Origin: a virus | Lineage: Duplodnaviria; Caudoviricetes | Length of the DNA: 63,726 nt | Strand: one strand, 5' to 3' | IMG/VR virus record: IMGVR_UViG_3300025598_000038 | Span: 1-63,726 of that record | Part shown: one piece after another, positions 19,043-27,298 of the stretch | How the letters are laid out: each line of letters begins with the position of its first letter | Position numbering within the stretch: position 1 is the stretch's first letter | Notes under the pieces: model-generated | The model's input: the letters and a program-made list of their open reading frames with translations, nothing else | Database searches by the model: none | What the model was told of the DNA's origin: nothing | Made by a program: the position numbers and the translations under genes

Positions 19043-21466
19043 TCAGTCACCTTTCGGTTTTGCTTTCGCCGCTGCCTTTGCCTGCGCTTTTCGGTCTGCC
19101 GCACGCGCTTGGCGCTCGTGATGAGCCTGCTTGGCCTCGTGCTGCTGCTCGCTGTTGTGAATCAGGATGTCGCGAGCCAGTTCAATCGCCTGAATCTTCT
19201 CTTTTGACTGGCGATCGAGGTCACGATTTTGGTCTTCGACCATCGTATCGTGGTGTTTCAAGCGCATATCGTCCTGACGCTGCTTCATCTGAGCCATCAA
19301 ATCGAGATGTTTGACGCCCAACTCCTTCGATTTGGTCTGAGCGTCCATCAAACGCGCCTTGGCGGTCATCAACGTGGCCTGCTGCTGGGCTTCATCAGGC
19401 GGCTGCACGCCACCCTGAACCTGCTGCTTCGGTGCAAACGCGCCCTGCTGCGCTTTTGCCTGCACTTCGGCCATCTTCGCCTGCGCGGTGAGCATTTTGG
19501 CGTCCGAATCGGACTTTTTGTTCGCCAACTCTGCCTGAATTTGCTGCAATTCCGGCGGCGGAGCCTGCTGCGCCTCAGGCGGCGCCATAAACTGCTGCGG
19601 ATTGTTCCAGCCAATCGCCTGCAAGGCCGCCGTATCGATGGCGATCGGGTCGTACATCGACGGATTGGACTGCTGCAACTCCTTCAGAGCCATGATCTTC
19701 ATCACGCGCTGACTGTGCGAAGCCGTATTCGGGTCCGCTTGAGGCACCAAATCGCAATTGTTGATGGCCTGAATGAACATTTCCTTGTCCCACTTCGTGC
19801 CGGACTTACAGCCCTTGCGCCAAAATGCTTCTGGATTGTCCTTAAAGCAGTTCACCAGCAACTGAAATTCTTCAGCCTGAGCGGCGTGCATGCGCTTGTG
19901 GACCGCGTTCATGACCTTGGTGGCCTGTTCGATCATCGCAAGCGTCGTCCCGACAGGCGCTTCCGCCTTGCCTTCGCCCACCTGCTGCTCTGACGTGCCG
20001 CCAATACGCATACCCGTCTGCGCCATGTCGCCAACCAACTGCATCAGCGCCTGCGACGGCTGCTGATAGGGCAGTGGCATGATGGCTTGGCTGATCGGCA
20101 GGCCACCCGTCTTCACCAGCGCGCCGCCACCCGGCGGCACGCGGAAGATGTTGGTGTTCTGGCGACCGCCGGTGTCCGCCATGAGGAAGCCGGGGAAGTT
20201 GGAATACATGCCCGCGTCAAGCAACTCGCGCCACGCCGCCGTGATGGCGTTGGTCGTGTTGCCCAGAATGTGCAAGAGGCCAATATCGTAAAAGCCCAAG
20301 CCCGGCACAAACGGGTATTTGACGAAGCAGGGTTTCGCGGTCGGCAGATCCTGATCGTCTTCGTCGTAATTGCGGACGATGGACAGGATCTCGCGCGACG
20401 AAACGTCTATCGTGACGCGGTAAGGAATTTCCAGCCCGGTCTCTTTGCCCTTAAAGGTGTGCTCGAAACCATTGATGTCGAGTTCGCAGTGGCACTCGTA
20501 GATCTCGCGATCGCGGTCATCGGGGTTCGTGACCGATACCGCGATGCCCTGCTGGGCCCTTTCTTCGCGCTGCTGGGCGTCCAGTGACGATTCACGCGGC
20601 GTAGAAAGGTCTATATCACGGTATATACCAAGGATCTGCAGCCGCTTGACCGTTGATGGTTTCATGTACGAGCGGTGCGTAACGCGCTTGGCGTTCTGCA
20701 AGTCGGTCGCCGCGTTGTTGACGATCAGGTCATCGGCGTCGATGGTCTCCGACACCGGGCGATTACGCAGCGGGCAGTTGTAGACCTTCTTGAAAGCCGA
20801 GCCGCCGAAGCCGAGCATGAAGAACATGCGGTCGGTGTCGGGGTAATACTCTTTGGCGACCGATGTCAGGTAGTGATTGAGGTCGTCTTCAAGCGCGTCG
20901 GCCATCTGGTCGGCGGGAAGCCCGCCCGAGCGAGAATCGTCGCGGATTTTTACCGGACCGTCAGTCGGCAGCATTTCCGAGCGAGCATTCGCCTGAAAAC
21001 GCAGAACGGCCTCCAACAGAAGGGGATGCCGGACTTTAGACATGCCCTCGACTGGCGCGCCATCAGAAGCGCCCTGTAGGCCGGGAATCTCGACCTTAAG
21101 ACCCAGTAACTTGATGCCATTGGCCCTGTCCGCAATCCAATCACTACGGGAATCGATGTCGTCGGCAATGCCGCGCATCAGGTCTTCGGAAATGCGATGC
21201 AACTCCGATTGCTCGATCTGATCGACCAAGTTATCGAACCAGCCCGACTCTTCCTTCTCCGCGCGCTCAATCGGTGAGCCATCGAGAGATACCGTGATCG
21301 AGCCGTCGCCGTGCTCGATGCGAAGGACATTGCCCTTCTCGTCCATGTCGGGCACGTCACCGCCCTCGTCTGCCATCTCGACGATGACGTTAGACGGCTC
21401 GTGCTCTTCCGTAGGCTCTGGGGCCAACTCACGAATGCTGGGCGAAAGTCCGGGAGTCATTGCCAT
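19043..21466 (-). CDS. Portal protein
   Basis: 807 aa after terL; HPLLLEAVLRFQA, GSAFKKVY, FVPGLGFY.IGL.H, APVGTTLAMIE motifs and C-terminal Gln-rich barrel. Confidence 0.9.
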   Translation of the reverse strand: MAMTPGLSPSIRELAPEPTEEHEPSNVIVEMADEGGDVPDMDEKGNVLRIEHGDGSITVSLDGSPIERAEKEESGWFDNLVDQIEQSELHRISEDLMRGIADDIDSRSDWIADRANGIKLLGLKVEIPGLQGASDGAPVEGMSKVRHPLLLEAVLRFQANARSEMLPTDGPVKIRDDSRSGGLPADQMADALEDDLNHYLTSVAKEYYPDTDRMFFMLGFGGSAFKKVYNCPLRNRPVSETIDADDLIVNNAATDLQNAKRVTHRSYMKPSTVKRLQILGIYRDIDLSTPRESSLDAQQREERAQQGIAVSVTNPDDRDREIYECHCELDINGFEHTFKGKETGLEIPYRVTIDVSSREILSIVRNYDEDDQDLPTAKPCFVKYPFVPGLGFYDIGLLHILGNTTNAITAAWRELLDAGMYSNFPGFLMADTGGRQNTNIFRVPPGGGALVKTGGLPISQAIMPLPYQQPSQALMQLVGDMAQTGMRIGGTSEQQVGEGKAEAPVGTTLAMIEQATKVMNAVHKRMHAAQAEEFQLLVNCFKDNPEAFWRKGCKSGTKWDKEMFIQAINNCDLVPQADPNTASHSQRVMKIMALKELQQSNPSMYDPIAIDTAALQAIGWNNPQQFMAPPEAQQAPPPELQQIQAELANKKSDSDAKMLTAQAKMAEVQAKAQQGAFAPKQQVQGGVQPPDEAQQQATLMTAKARLMDAQTKSKELGVKHLDLMAQMKQRQDDMRLKHHDTMVEDQNRDLDRQSKEKIQAIELARDILIHNSEQQHEAKQAHHERQARAADRKAQAKAAAKAKPKGD

Positions 21467-21467
21467 G

Positions 21468-21737
21468 TTAGCACTTCACGTCCCAGCGCTTGAGCGCCAG
21501 ATTGATGCGGCTGTTGGGGTCGTGCGCGGTCTTGGCTGAAGTCAGTTTTTCCTTCATGCCACACATACGCGAGCGAAAGTTATCGCGGCGGGCGGATGCC
21601 TTTGGGCTATGCGCCGCTTCAGAAGCGCGGACGGGTTTCTTGATGTCATGACCTTCTGCACGCAAAGAGGCCCGACCTTTCTCATTCAGACCGCCGGAAG
21701 GTGACTTACCTTCCTTCCTCGTCCACGCTTTAGACAT
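21468..21737 (-). CDS. Small basic conserved phage protein (DUF6321-like)
   Basis: AWTRKEGK.P.GGLNEKGR...DPNSRINLALKRW motif. Confidence 0.7.
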   Translation of the reverse strand: MSKAWTRKEGKSPSGGLNEKGRASLRAEGHDIKKPVRASEAAHSPKASARRDNFRSRMCGMKEKLTSAKTAHDPNSRINLALKRWDVKC

Positions 21738-21749
21738 GACACGTCCTTT

Positions 21750-21953
21750 TTACGGCAAAAGATTCTCCATCTCTTCTACAAAGCGACGGATGCCCTCCTG
21801 CGCGGCATTATCGTCCGTTTTCGCCGAAATTGTATAGAACCGATGGGCCTTCCCCATCCCGTCCTCAAATCCGCCCGTGACATCCACTTCCCATACGGGC
21901 ATCGGACCGTCTTCCAACTTCTCTACGGTGGCCTGCGCTAAGACTCTGCTCAT
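21750..21953 (-). CDS. Hypothetical protein
   Basis: 67 aa ORF translationally coupled (ATGA overlap) to the upstream gene. Confidence 0.6.
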   Translation of the reverse strand: MSRVLAQATVEKLEDGPMPVWEVDVTGGFEDGMGKAHRFYTISAKTDDNAAQEGIRRFVEEMENLLP

Positions 21954-22243
21954 GGCTTATTCCTCAGGTGGGACTTGATCACCTCTTCCAATTCTCGCAC
22001 CTGATCTTTATGCGCCGCCAACTCGCGAATCAACTTGTCGCGCTCAAGGCGAAACCGCTCAATGTCTCTATGAGATACAGCCAGTGCCTCCCGCAGCCGC
22101 ATCAAATCGCCCATAGCGCGGATCTCCTGACGCAGGCTCTCGACCCAAAGAGGGGCGGGCAGCATCGGCCTTGTGTCGTCGTTGTCGCGCTCCAAGTCCT
22201 TTATCTGACCCTGCTTGTTACCCTTGCCGCTCAACGTAAACAT
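21950..22243 (-). CDS. Hypothetical coiled-coil protein
   Basis: 97 aa ORF directly after the terL stop. Confidence 0.55.
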   Translation of the reverse strand: MFTLSGKGNKQGQIKDLERDNDDTRPMLPAPLWVESLRQEIRAMGDLMRLREALAVSHRDIERFRLERDKLIRELAAHKDQVRELEEVIKSHLRNKP

Positions 22244-22246
22244 GGT

Positions 22247-23875
22247 TCACCCCGGATACAGTGGCTCGCCACGGCCTGAGCCCCGTGGGTAAATAACCTG
22301 CGATTCGATCTCCGCAATCCGCTCCGACGAGCGCTGCAAGAGGCCGACGTCACGCATATGCCGCATCGCCTGCGACACGGTATCGACCAAGTCGTCGTGC
22401 TTACCGCGCGGAAACTGGCCCACCTGCGTGATCACCATATCAGCCCATTGGCGATCGGGCGCGTAGACCATCCCTTCGGCAAACAGGTGCTGAATCGAGT
22501 ACAGGCGCGATAACTTGTCTTGCGACTTCGGATCCGACAACTGGACGGTAAACCTCTCGTTACCGTACAGGCGCCGCATTTCCTGCGCCACCGAGATACC
22601 CGCCGCCTTGTTCTCGATCAGCAGTTTATCCACTTTCAGCGATCGGCAAGTGGACGCCACCTTCTCGACCAATTCGTGCAACTCGAGCCGGGCCTGCCAC
22701 GCCATCATCAGCATCACCTTCGGCGACCCTTCGGCGTAATTGCGATCAATGTACGACGGCCGCCCGTCAGGTCCCACAACCCTCGACGCCGTCGCCTTCG
22801 TCTCCTCCGTGAACACGCCCCAGATGGTCAACGCCGAATAGTCATTGCTGGTCTTCAGCGTGTAGGCTGTATCTAGAGACGCCAGAATGAAATCCATGGG
22901 CGGGAAGGCGGGGTCCTCCCACGTCTGCCACCAGTCGCGCTTGATGACGCCGCCGCCCGCAGGCTCCGGCCTCTGCTGCAACTGCCCGGCGGTGGCGAAG
23001 GGTCCCAACTGTTTCTCGAGGACCGTCAACTCCTCCTCGCCAAAGCGCTCCGGCCAGAGCAACTCCCCCGGCTCGCTGCGGGGGTCATTCCAGCCGATCT
23101 TGGTCATGAAGGCGCGCTCTGGCTCGTAGCGCATCGGCAGACACAAGTGGGTCCACTCGCCGACGTTCTTCTCCAAAATGTGACCCGTCAGGTCGTCCTC
23201 CGCCAGTCTCTGCTGAATCACCACGTACGCGCCCGTCTTCGGGTCATTCAGACGGGTGCTCATCGTGCCGTCCCACCAGTCAATCGTCGCCTGAATCGTC
23301 GCCTCAGAGAACGCCTCGTTGGCGGCGTTGGGGTCGTCGACCACGATGATCGAGCCACCTTCACCCGTCACCGCCGCGCCGATCGACGTGATCAGTCGCT
23401 CGCCGCCCTGATCGTTGCTGAAACGCGATTTGGTGTTCTGGTCGCTATTTAATATGAAGCGATCACCCCACAACTTCTGATACCACGGCGATTCGATCAA
23501 CCGGCGGCACTTCACCGAGTCCCTGAGCGACAACTGATTGGCGTACGACGCATGGAGAAACTGGACGCCCGGACCCGACGTGGGACCGCGATCACTCTGC
23601 GCCCACGTCCACGCAGGCAACGCCACCGACGTGATACTCGACTTACCCATGCGAGGCGGGATGTTGATGATCAGGCGCTTGATGTCACCGTCCACGACCG
23701 CCTGCAGGTGCTCCGCCACCGCCTCAATCGGCCACCCGTCCACCCACTTACTGGAATCCAAATACTTCCACGCATGGCGCAAAAACTCGTACAGGCTCTC
23801 CTCGCAGTCGGCCCTCTCCAAGTCGATGAGTTGAGCCGCAGGGTCGATAATGACGCCGCCGATCTTGATGGCCAT
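22247..23875 (-). CDS. terL: Terminase large subunit
   Basis: Walker A-like INIPPRMGKS, Walker B IIVVDD, coupling motif IQQR, nuclease SLDTAY...DYSA and FP.GKHDDLVD. Confidence 0.95.
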   Translation of the reverse strand: MAIKIGGVIIDPAAQLIDLERADCEESLYEFLRHAWKYLDSSKWVDGWPIEAVAEHLQAVVDGDIKRLIINIPPRMGKSSITSVALPAWTWAQSDRGPTSGPGVQFLHASYANQLSLRDSVKCRRLIESPWYQKLWGDRFILNSDQNTKSRFSNDQGGERLITSIGAAVTGEGGSIIVVDDPNAANEAFSEATIQATIDWWDGTMSTRLNDPKTGAYVVIQQRLAEDDLTGHILEKNVGEWTHLCLPMRYEPERAFMTKIGWNDPRSEPGELLWPERFGEEELTVLEKQLGPFATAGQLQQRPEPAGGGVIKRDWWQTWEDPAFPPMDFILASLDTAYTLKTSNDYSALTIWGVFTEETKATASRVVGPDGRPSYIDRNYAEGSPKVMLMMAWQARLELHELVEKVASTCRSLKVDKLLIENKAAGISVAQEMRRLYGNERFTVQLSDPKSQDKLSRLYSIQHLFAEGMVYAPDRQWADMVITQVGQFPRGKHDDLVDTVSQAMRHMRDVGLLQRSSERIAEIESQVIYPRGSGRGEPLYPG

Positions 23876-23997
23876 TACGTTGCTTCACCCCAACTTGTGG
23901 CAATGCGTCTGCACTTCTTACAGTAGATAACGGGGAACATCTCCCATAACAGTCCCGGCTTGAGCAAGCCGCGACAGGCTTTGCAGTGGGATTTCAT
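23875..23997 (-). CDS. 40-aa zinc-finger mini-protein
   Basis: My translation MKSHCKACRGLLKPGLLWEMFPVIYCKKCRRIATSWGEAT; CxxC...CxxC; ATGA and TAATG overlaps with both neighbours. Confidence 0.55.
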   Translation of the reverse strand: MKSHCKACRGLLKPGLLWEMFPVIYCKKCRRIATSWGEAT

Positions 23998-24194
23998 TTC
24001 TCCCCCCTCTCCCGGATTCGAGCCGCAAAGACCTCGCCGCCCTTAACCGCTGACTTTCGTTCACACGCTTTCGCACACGCCTCACGCTCCTCCAAAACCG
24101 CTTGACGAATTTGCACTTCAAACATGGCTTGCGCTTTCGCAATAATGTTTTCAGCCATCTCTGCGGTCATCGGCGGAATGTCATCCCTGTTCAT
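23994..24194 (-). CDS. Small protein, EREACA...IRxRG family (copy 1)
   Basis: MNRDDI...EEREACAKACERKSAVKGGEVFAARIRERGEK; paralogous to 24819..25025. Confidence 0.65.
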   Translation of the reverse strand: MNRDDIPPMTAEMAENIIAKAQAMFEVQIRQAVLEEREACAKACERKSAVKGGEVFAARIRERGEK

Positions 24195-24822
24195 TGTTCC
24201 CCCTTGCGCGGATGGCCTCACAACACTCCGTTTCTGTCACCACACGCAAAAACTGTGCTGTTTGAGCAGACCACGCCGCATCCCACGCCACATCCCACGC
24301 CGCAGCCAACGCCACATCCCACGCCGCACCACGCGCCGCATCCCACGCCGCATCAAACGCCGCAGACCACGCCGCAGACCACGCCGCACCACGCGCCGCA
24401 TCCCACGCCACATCCCACGCCGCAGCCAACGCCGCAGACCACGCCGCAGACCACGCCACATCACGCGCCGCATCACGCACCGCAGACCACGCCGCATCAC
24501 GCGCCGCATCCAATTCATTTTTTGTCGCTGCGCCCAAAGCAAAACGCTCTGCGACATTGATTGCGTCATGGCTTCGTTGATTGGTCATCAGATGCTGCAC
24601 TTGTCTTGCACACCAGACAGCAAACAACCGCCACTCGAGGTCATGCTCAGGCACCGTGCGACACGCCCACAAAGCGTCTTTTATGCCGTTTGATTCCACA
24701 ATGACGCTAAACGGTAGCGGCTCGTCATCGGCTTCTGTTTTGCCAAGATGCCGAAGAAGTTTTTTCCACCCTTCAACACACGGATCATGTTCGCGAATTC
24801 GATTCAATGTCGTGCAGATCAC
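24181..24822 (-). CDS. Ala/Trp tetrapeptide-repeat protein (AAWD/AAWS/AARD)
   Basis: Globular N-terminus (PCVEGWKKLL..GIKDALWA..RLFAVWCARQV) followed by 12-bp tandem repeats at ~24270-24510. Confidence 0.8.
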   Translation of the reverse strand: MICTTLNRIREHDPCVEGWKKLLRHLGKTEADDEPLPFSVIVESNGIKDALWACRTVPEHDLEWRLFAVWCARQVQHLMTNQRSHDAINVAERFALGAATKNELDAARDAAWSAVRDAARDVAWSAAWSAALAAAWDVAWDAARGAAWSAAWSAAFDAAWDAARGAAWDVALAAAWDVAWDAAWSAQTAQFLRVVTETECCEAIRARGNNEQG

Positions 24823-25025
24823 GGGTTCTCCCCCCGCGCACGGATCCGAGCCGCAAATATCTCACCGCCCTTAACCGCTGACTTTTGTTCACACAATCGC
24901 GCACACGCCTCTTGCTCCTCGGCCCTTGCCCGCGCATCGACTTTCGTCATCAGCGCGTGAAGCGCGTCGTAGAACGTTTGATGCAACTTGGCAAACGCAT
25001 ATTTGGCTGCTTCATCGCGGGTCAT
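24819..25025 (-). CDS. Small protein, EREACA...IRARG family (copy 2)
   Basis: MTRDE...EQEACARLCEQKSAVKGGEIFAARIRARGENP; AGGAGG RBS. Confidence 0.65.
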   Translation of the reverse strand: MTRDEAAKYAFAKLHQTFYDALHALMTKVDARARAEEQEACARLCEQKSAVKGGEIFAARIRARGENP

Positions 25026-25161
25026 GGCTTTTCCTCCTCGCAGCGTTGAGTGACCGCCGAGACTCGAGCCGATTGACGAGCATCCAGATCAAGATCGTGA
25101 CAGCGATTCTGAAGACCACGATGAAAGCGAGGGCGCAGAACGCCAGTTTTATGATGGTCAT
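25012..25161 (-). CDS. 49-aa single-pass membrane protein
   Basis: My translation MTIIKLAFCALAFIVVFRIAVTILIWMLVNRLESRRSLNAARRKSHDPR; coupled to a 20-aa ORF at 25158-25220. Confidence 0.45.
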   Translation of the reverse strand: MTIIKLAFCALAFIVVFRIAVTILIWMLVNRLESRRSLNAARRKSHDPR

Positions 25162-25265
25162 GCCGTCACCTTTGTAAACAAAACTTCACGCACCATCCGA
25201 ATAATGTCATCGCGGGTCATCTGAGTCTCTCCATCGGTTAGTCATACACGTCGGACAGTATCCGC

Positions 25266-25913
25266 CTATTCCTCGTCCTCGTCCACATACTGGGCATCCT
25301 CAGCCTTCGACTGGAGGTTCGCCGCCAACGCCGCCTTCATGATCTCCCTGAGATTCTCGCGTTGCTCAGGCGTCAACTTCCGTGAGTCAAACGTCTGGTT
25401 GGCCTGAACCTGTATCGGCTGACCGTCAGCGCCCGTCACCTCTAGCCGGTCCTTCTCGCGCCACTGGGCACGGGTCTTCAGGATAAAGATACTGGCGCTG
25501 ACCGCGTCCTTCCGGTCGCTCATCGCGATTTGGTACAAATTATTGGCCACGTTCGCCAACATCTCCGGGACGGCCGAGTCCAACTCGTGCTTGTAGTACT
25601 TATTGAGCGTGTTCTCGCTCAACCCCGTCAGGACCGAGATGCGCTCAATCGGATACCCTAAGAACGCGAACGATCGAATTTTGTGCCGCATAATCTCGTC
25701 CACCACGTGGGCCGGGATGCCTTGTGGCCTGTCGGGTGGGCTGATCAACTCGCGGATGGGGTTGGGCTTCGTCTTACTGTTACGAGTTTTTTTTGCTTTA
25801 AGGTCTTGGGGCGTGTCCCCGGCCTGCGCCCCGTCGCCAATGATCGCCGCCTCCTGTGGAGTTACCGGGGTCAATTTGTAAATCGGTTCCAAGTCTTTTC
25901 TGCTTTTTGCCAT
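25266..25913 (-). CDS. terS: Terminase small subunit
   Basis: HTH (GYPIERISVLTGLSENTLNKYY..EL), A.IFILKTRAQWRE and EVTGADGQPIQ motifs; upstream of terL. Confidence 0.85.
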   Translation of the reverse strand: MAKSRKDLEPIYKLTPVTPQEAAIIGDGAQAGDTPQDLKAKKTRNSKTKPNPIRELISPPDRPQGIPAHVVDEIMRHKIRSFAFLGYPIERISVLTGLSENTLNKYYKHELDSAVPEMLANVANNLYQIAMSDRKDAVSASIFILKTRAQWREKDRLEVTGADGQPIQVQANQTFDSRKLTPEQRENLREIMKAALAANLQSKAEDAQYVDEDEE

Positions 25914-26004
25914 CGGTAGGCTCCATTAGGTCGGTCAATGTCGCATTTGACTCTACCCAAGCACTCTCCCACGCCGTCGTCCGTTGGGGAGAGTCTTTGG
26001 GTAC

Positions 26005-26041
26005 CCCCCCACCCTTTTATTTCGCGAAGGGGGGTGGGGGG
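26005..26041. repeat. G/C-tract inverted repeat upstream of terS (possible packaging/pac element)
   Basis: CCCCCCACCC (26005-26014) / GGGTGGGGGG (26032-26041) around an internal TTCGCGAA palindrome; further G-runs at 26118-26135. Confidence 0.4.
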
Positions 26042-26143
26042 TCTGTCTATAGGCGGATTCTGAGTATATGTAGTTGGCGGGCAGATCCACCACCCCACGC
26101 GCCTTTCGCCTAATACAGGGGGGGTCGGAGGGGGGTCAAGCGG

Positions 26144-26217
26144 TTATCCACAGGTTATCCACAGGATTTTCCGAGTTATCCACAGGATATTCACAGTTTC
26201 CTAACAGGATATTCACA
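26144..26217 (+). promoter_or_regulatory. DnaA-box array 1 (phased at ~11 bp)
   Basis: TTATCCACA at 26144, 26155, 26176; ATATTCACA at 26187, 26209; degenerate units at 26166, 26198. Confidence 0.85.
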
Positions 26218-26246
26218 GGCGCGCCCGAGATGCAGCGGGCCATCGC

Positions 26247-26429
26247 TCATAAGCCGTTGATTCCGTTAGCCTTATCGCGCGCGGACTTGAAGGCACGTGA
26301 CCGCTCGACGCACTGCACGCAGCGCCAGCAGCGCGCTCGCAGGTGTGGCTTGGTGCGGACGAGCAGCAGGTCGCCGACGCTCTTGCACGCCGCGCACCAG
26401 CCGCGCCTGCTGGGCGTCGGGCCGTTCAT
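26247..26429 (-). CDS. Possible small zinc-finger protein inside the cis-element cluster
   Basis: MNGPTPSRRGWCAACK...CWRCVQC; GC-rich, coding-like segment between the two DnaA arrays. Confidence 0.4.
   Translation of the reverse strand: MNGPTPSRRGWCAACKSVGDLLLVRTKPHLRARCWRCVQCVERSRAFKSARDKANGINGL
26250..26262 (-). promoter_or_regulatory. IHF consensus site
   Basis: Minus strand AATCAACGGCTTA matches WATCAANNNNTTR. Confidence 0.65.
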
Positions 26430-26457
26430 GGGCCCGCGTCCCACCGCAGGCGTGCGT

Positions 26458-26485
26458 ACTTCGCATAATCGTTATTATGTTGCAT
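26458..26485 (+). promoter_or_regulatory. dif-like XerC/XerD recombination site
   Basis: ACTTCGCATAA-TCGTTA-TTATGTTGCAT: 11-6-11 layout versus E. coli dif GGTGCGCATAA-TGTATA-TTATGTTAAAT. Confidence 0.8.
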
Positions 26486-26496
26486 GCGTAAACTCG

Positions 26497-26509
26497 TAAG
26501 TGATTGATT
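26497..26509 (-). promoter_or_regulatory. IHF consensus site
   Basis: Minus strand AATCAATCACTTA matches WATCAANNNNTTR. Confidence 0.65.
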
Positions 26510-26535
26510 ACGCTGCAGATTATTGGTGGGAGAAG

Positions 26536-26567
26536 TTATCCACAGGTTATGCACACAACCATCCACA
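26536..26567 (+). promoter_or_regulatory. DnaA-box array 2
   Basis: TTATCCACA 26536, TTATGCACA 26547, CCATCCACA 26559; same orientation as array 1. Confidence 0.8.
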
Positions 26568-26591
26568 GGCTGGCGCGCATTCTCTCCCACT

Positions 26592-27164
26592 TCACCAGCG
26601 GATGTCAGCCGGGCTGTCGTCCTTGAACGGCTCGCTCGAGGGCGCGTCAGGATCGGCCAGCGGCGTGGCCTGCATGCTGGTCAAGATCGCGCCGAACCGC
26701 CGCTTGAGCGCTCGCAGGGGCGCGTCCTGCGCCTCGACAAGCGTGGCCAACTCCTCGACCGTCCATACCTCTAGAGCGCGGTCGCGCGCCCTCACGCGGG
26801 CCGCGTGCTCGCGCTCCTGCACGATCGCCAGCGTGCTGCCATCGCTCATGCGCGCCTCCCACACGCCCGGCAGCAGCACGCCGCACGCCTGCGCGGCCTT
26901 GTCGGCGGCAGCAAGCGCCTTCTCCATGCGGCCGACCTCCATCAGCAGCGTGGGCAGATCCGCCTCGCGTGACGCCCGCCACAGGCGCTCCTCCTGCGCG
27001 TCGTAGCGCTCCCTGACGTCAGGCGCGAGGCACAGGCGGGCTCGCCCTACGCCCCACGCGAGGTGCAGAGCGCGCTCCTTTGCCTCGATGCTGTCCAGCG
27101 CCGTGCGCCCTGCCTTGTACCCTGCCTGCGTGTGCGCCCACGGCGGTCCTACCACTGTCTTCAC
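26592..27164 (-). CDS. Conserved hypothetical phage protein
   Basis: 190 aa with WGVGR...ALAAADKAA..WE...VWTVEELA pattern; GC3-rich codons. Confidence 0.7.
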   Translation of the reverse strand: MKTVVGPPWAHTQAGYKAGRTALDSIEAKERALHLAWGVGRARLCLAPDVRERYDAQEERLWRASREADLPTLLMEVGRMEKALAAADKAAQACGVLLPGVWEARMSDGSTLAIVQEREHAARVRARDRALEVWTVEELATLVEAQDAPLRALKRRFGAILTSMQATPLADPDAPSSEPFKDDSPADIRW

Positions 27165-27224
27165 GGTTTGTGCTACCCATTGATTCGGTGAATTGAGCCT
27201 GCATCGGTCGATAGATCACGTGCA

Positions 27225-27240
27225 TGTTCCACGTGGAACA
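27225..27240. promoter_or_regulatory. parS centromere-like site
   Basis: Perfect 16-bp palindrome TGTTCCACGTGGAACA matching the chromosomal parS consensus TGTTNCACGTGNAACA; intergenic. Confidence 0.85.
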
Positions 27241-27298
27241 TTCCACAGTCAGCCATGCCGCGATGGTCGCAATGGCTGACAAGCAGAATCGCGCTAAC

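Noticed and set aside
24270-24510. CRISPR array
   Set aside because: Contiguous 12-bp coding repeats with no spacers; the iteron and DnaA repeats are likewise too short.
23997-24920. Direct repeat pair as DGR template/variable repeats
   Set aside because: Mismatches are not adenine-specific and no reverse transcriptase is present.
25856-26499. ORFs 25856..26113, 25871..26098 and 26074..26499
   Set aside because: They translate the G-tracts and DnaA boxes (LSTG repeats); better explained as non-coding cis-elements.
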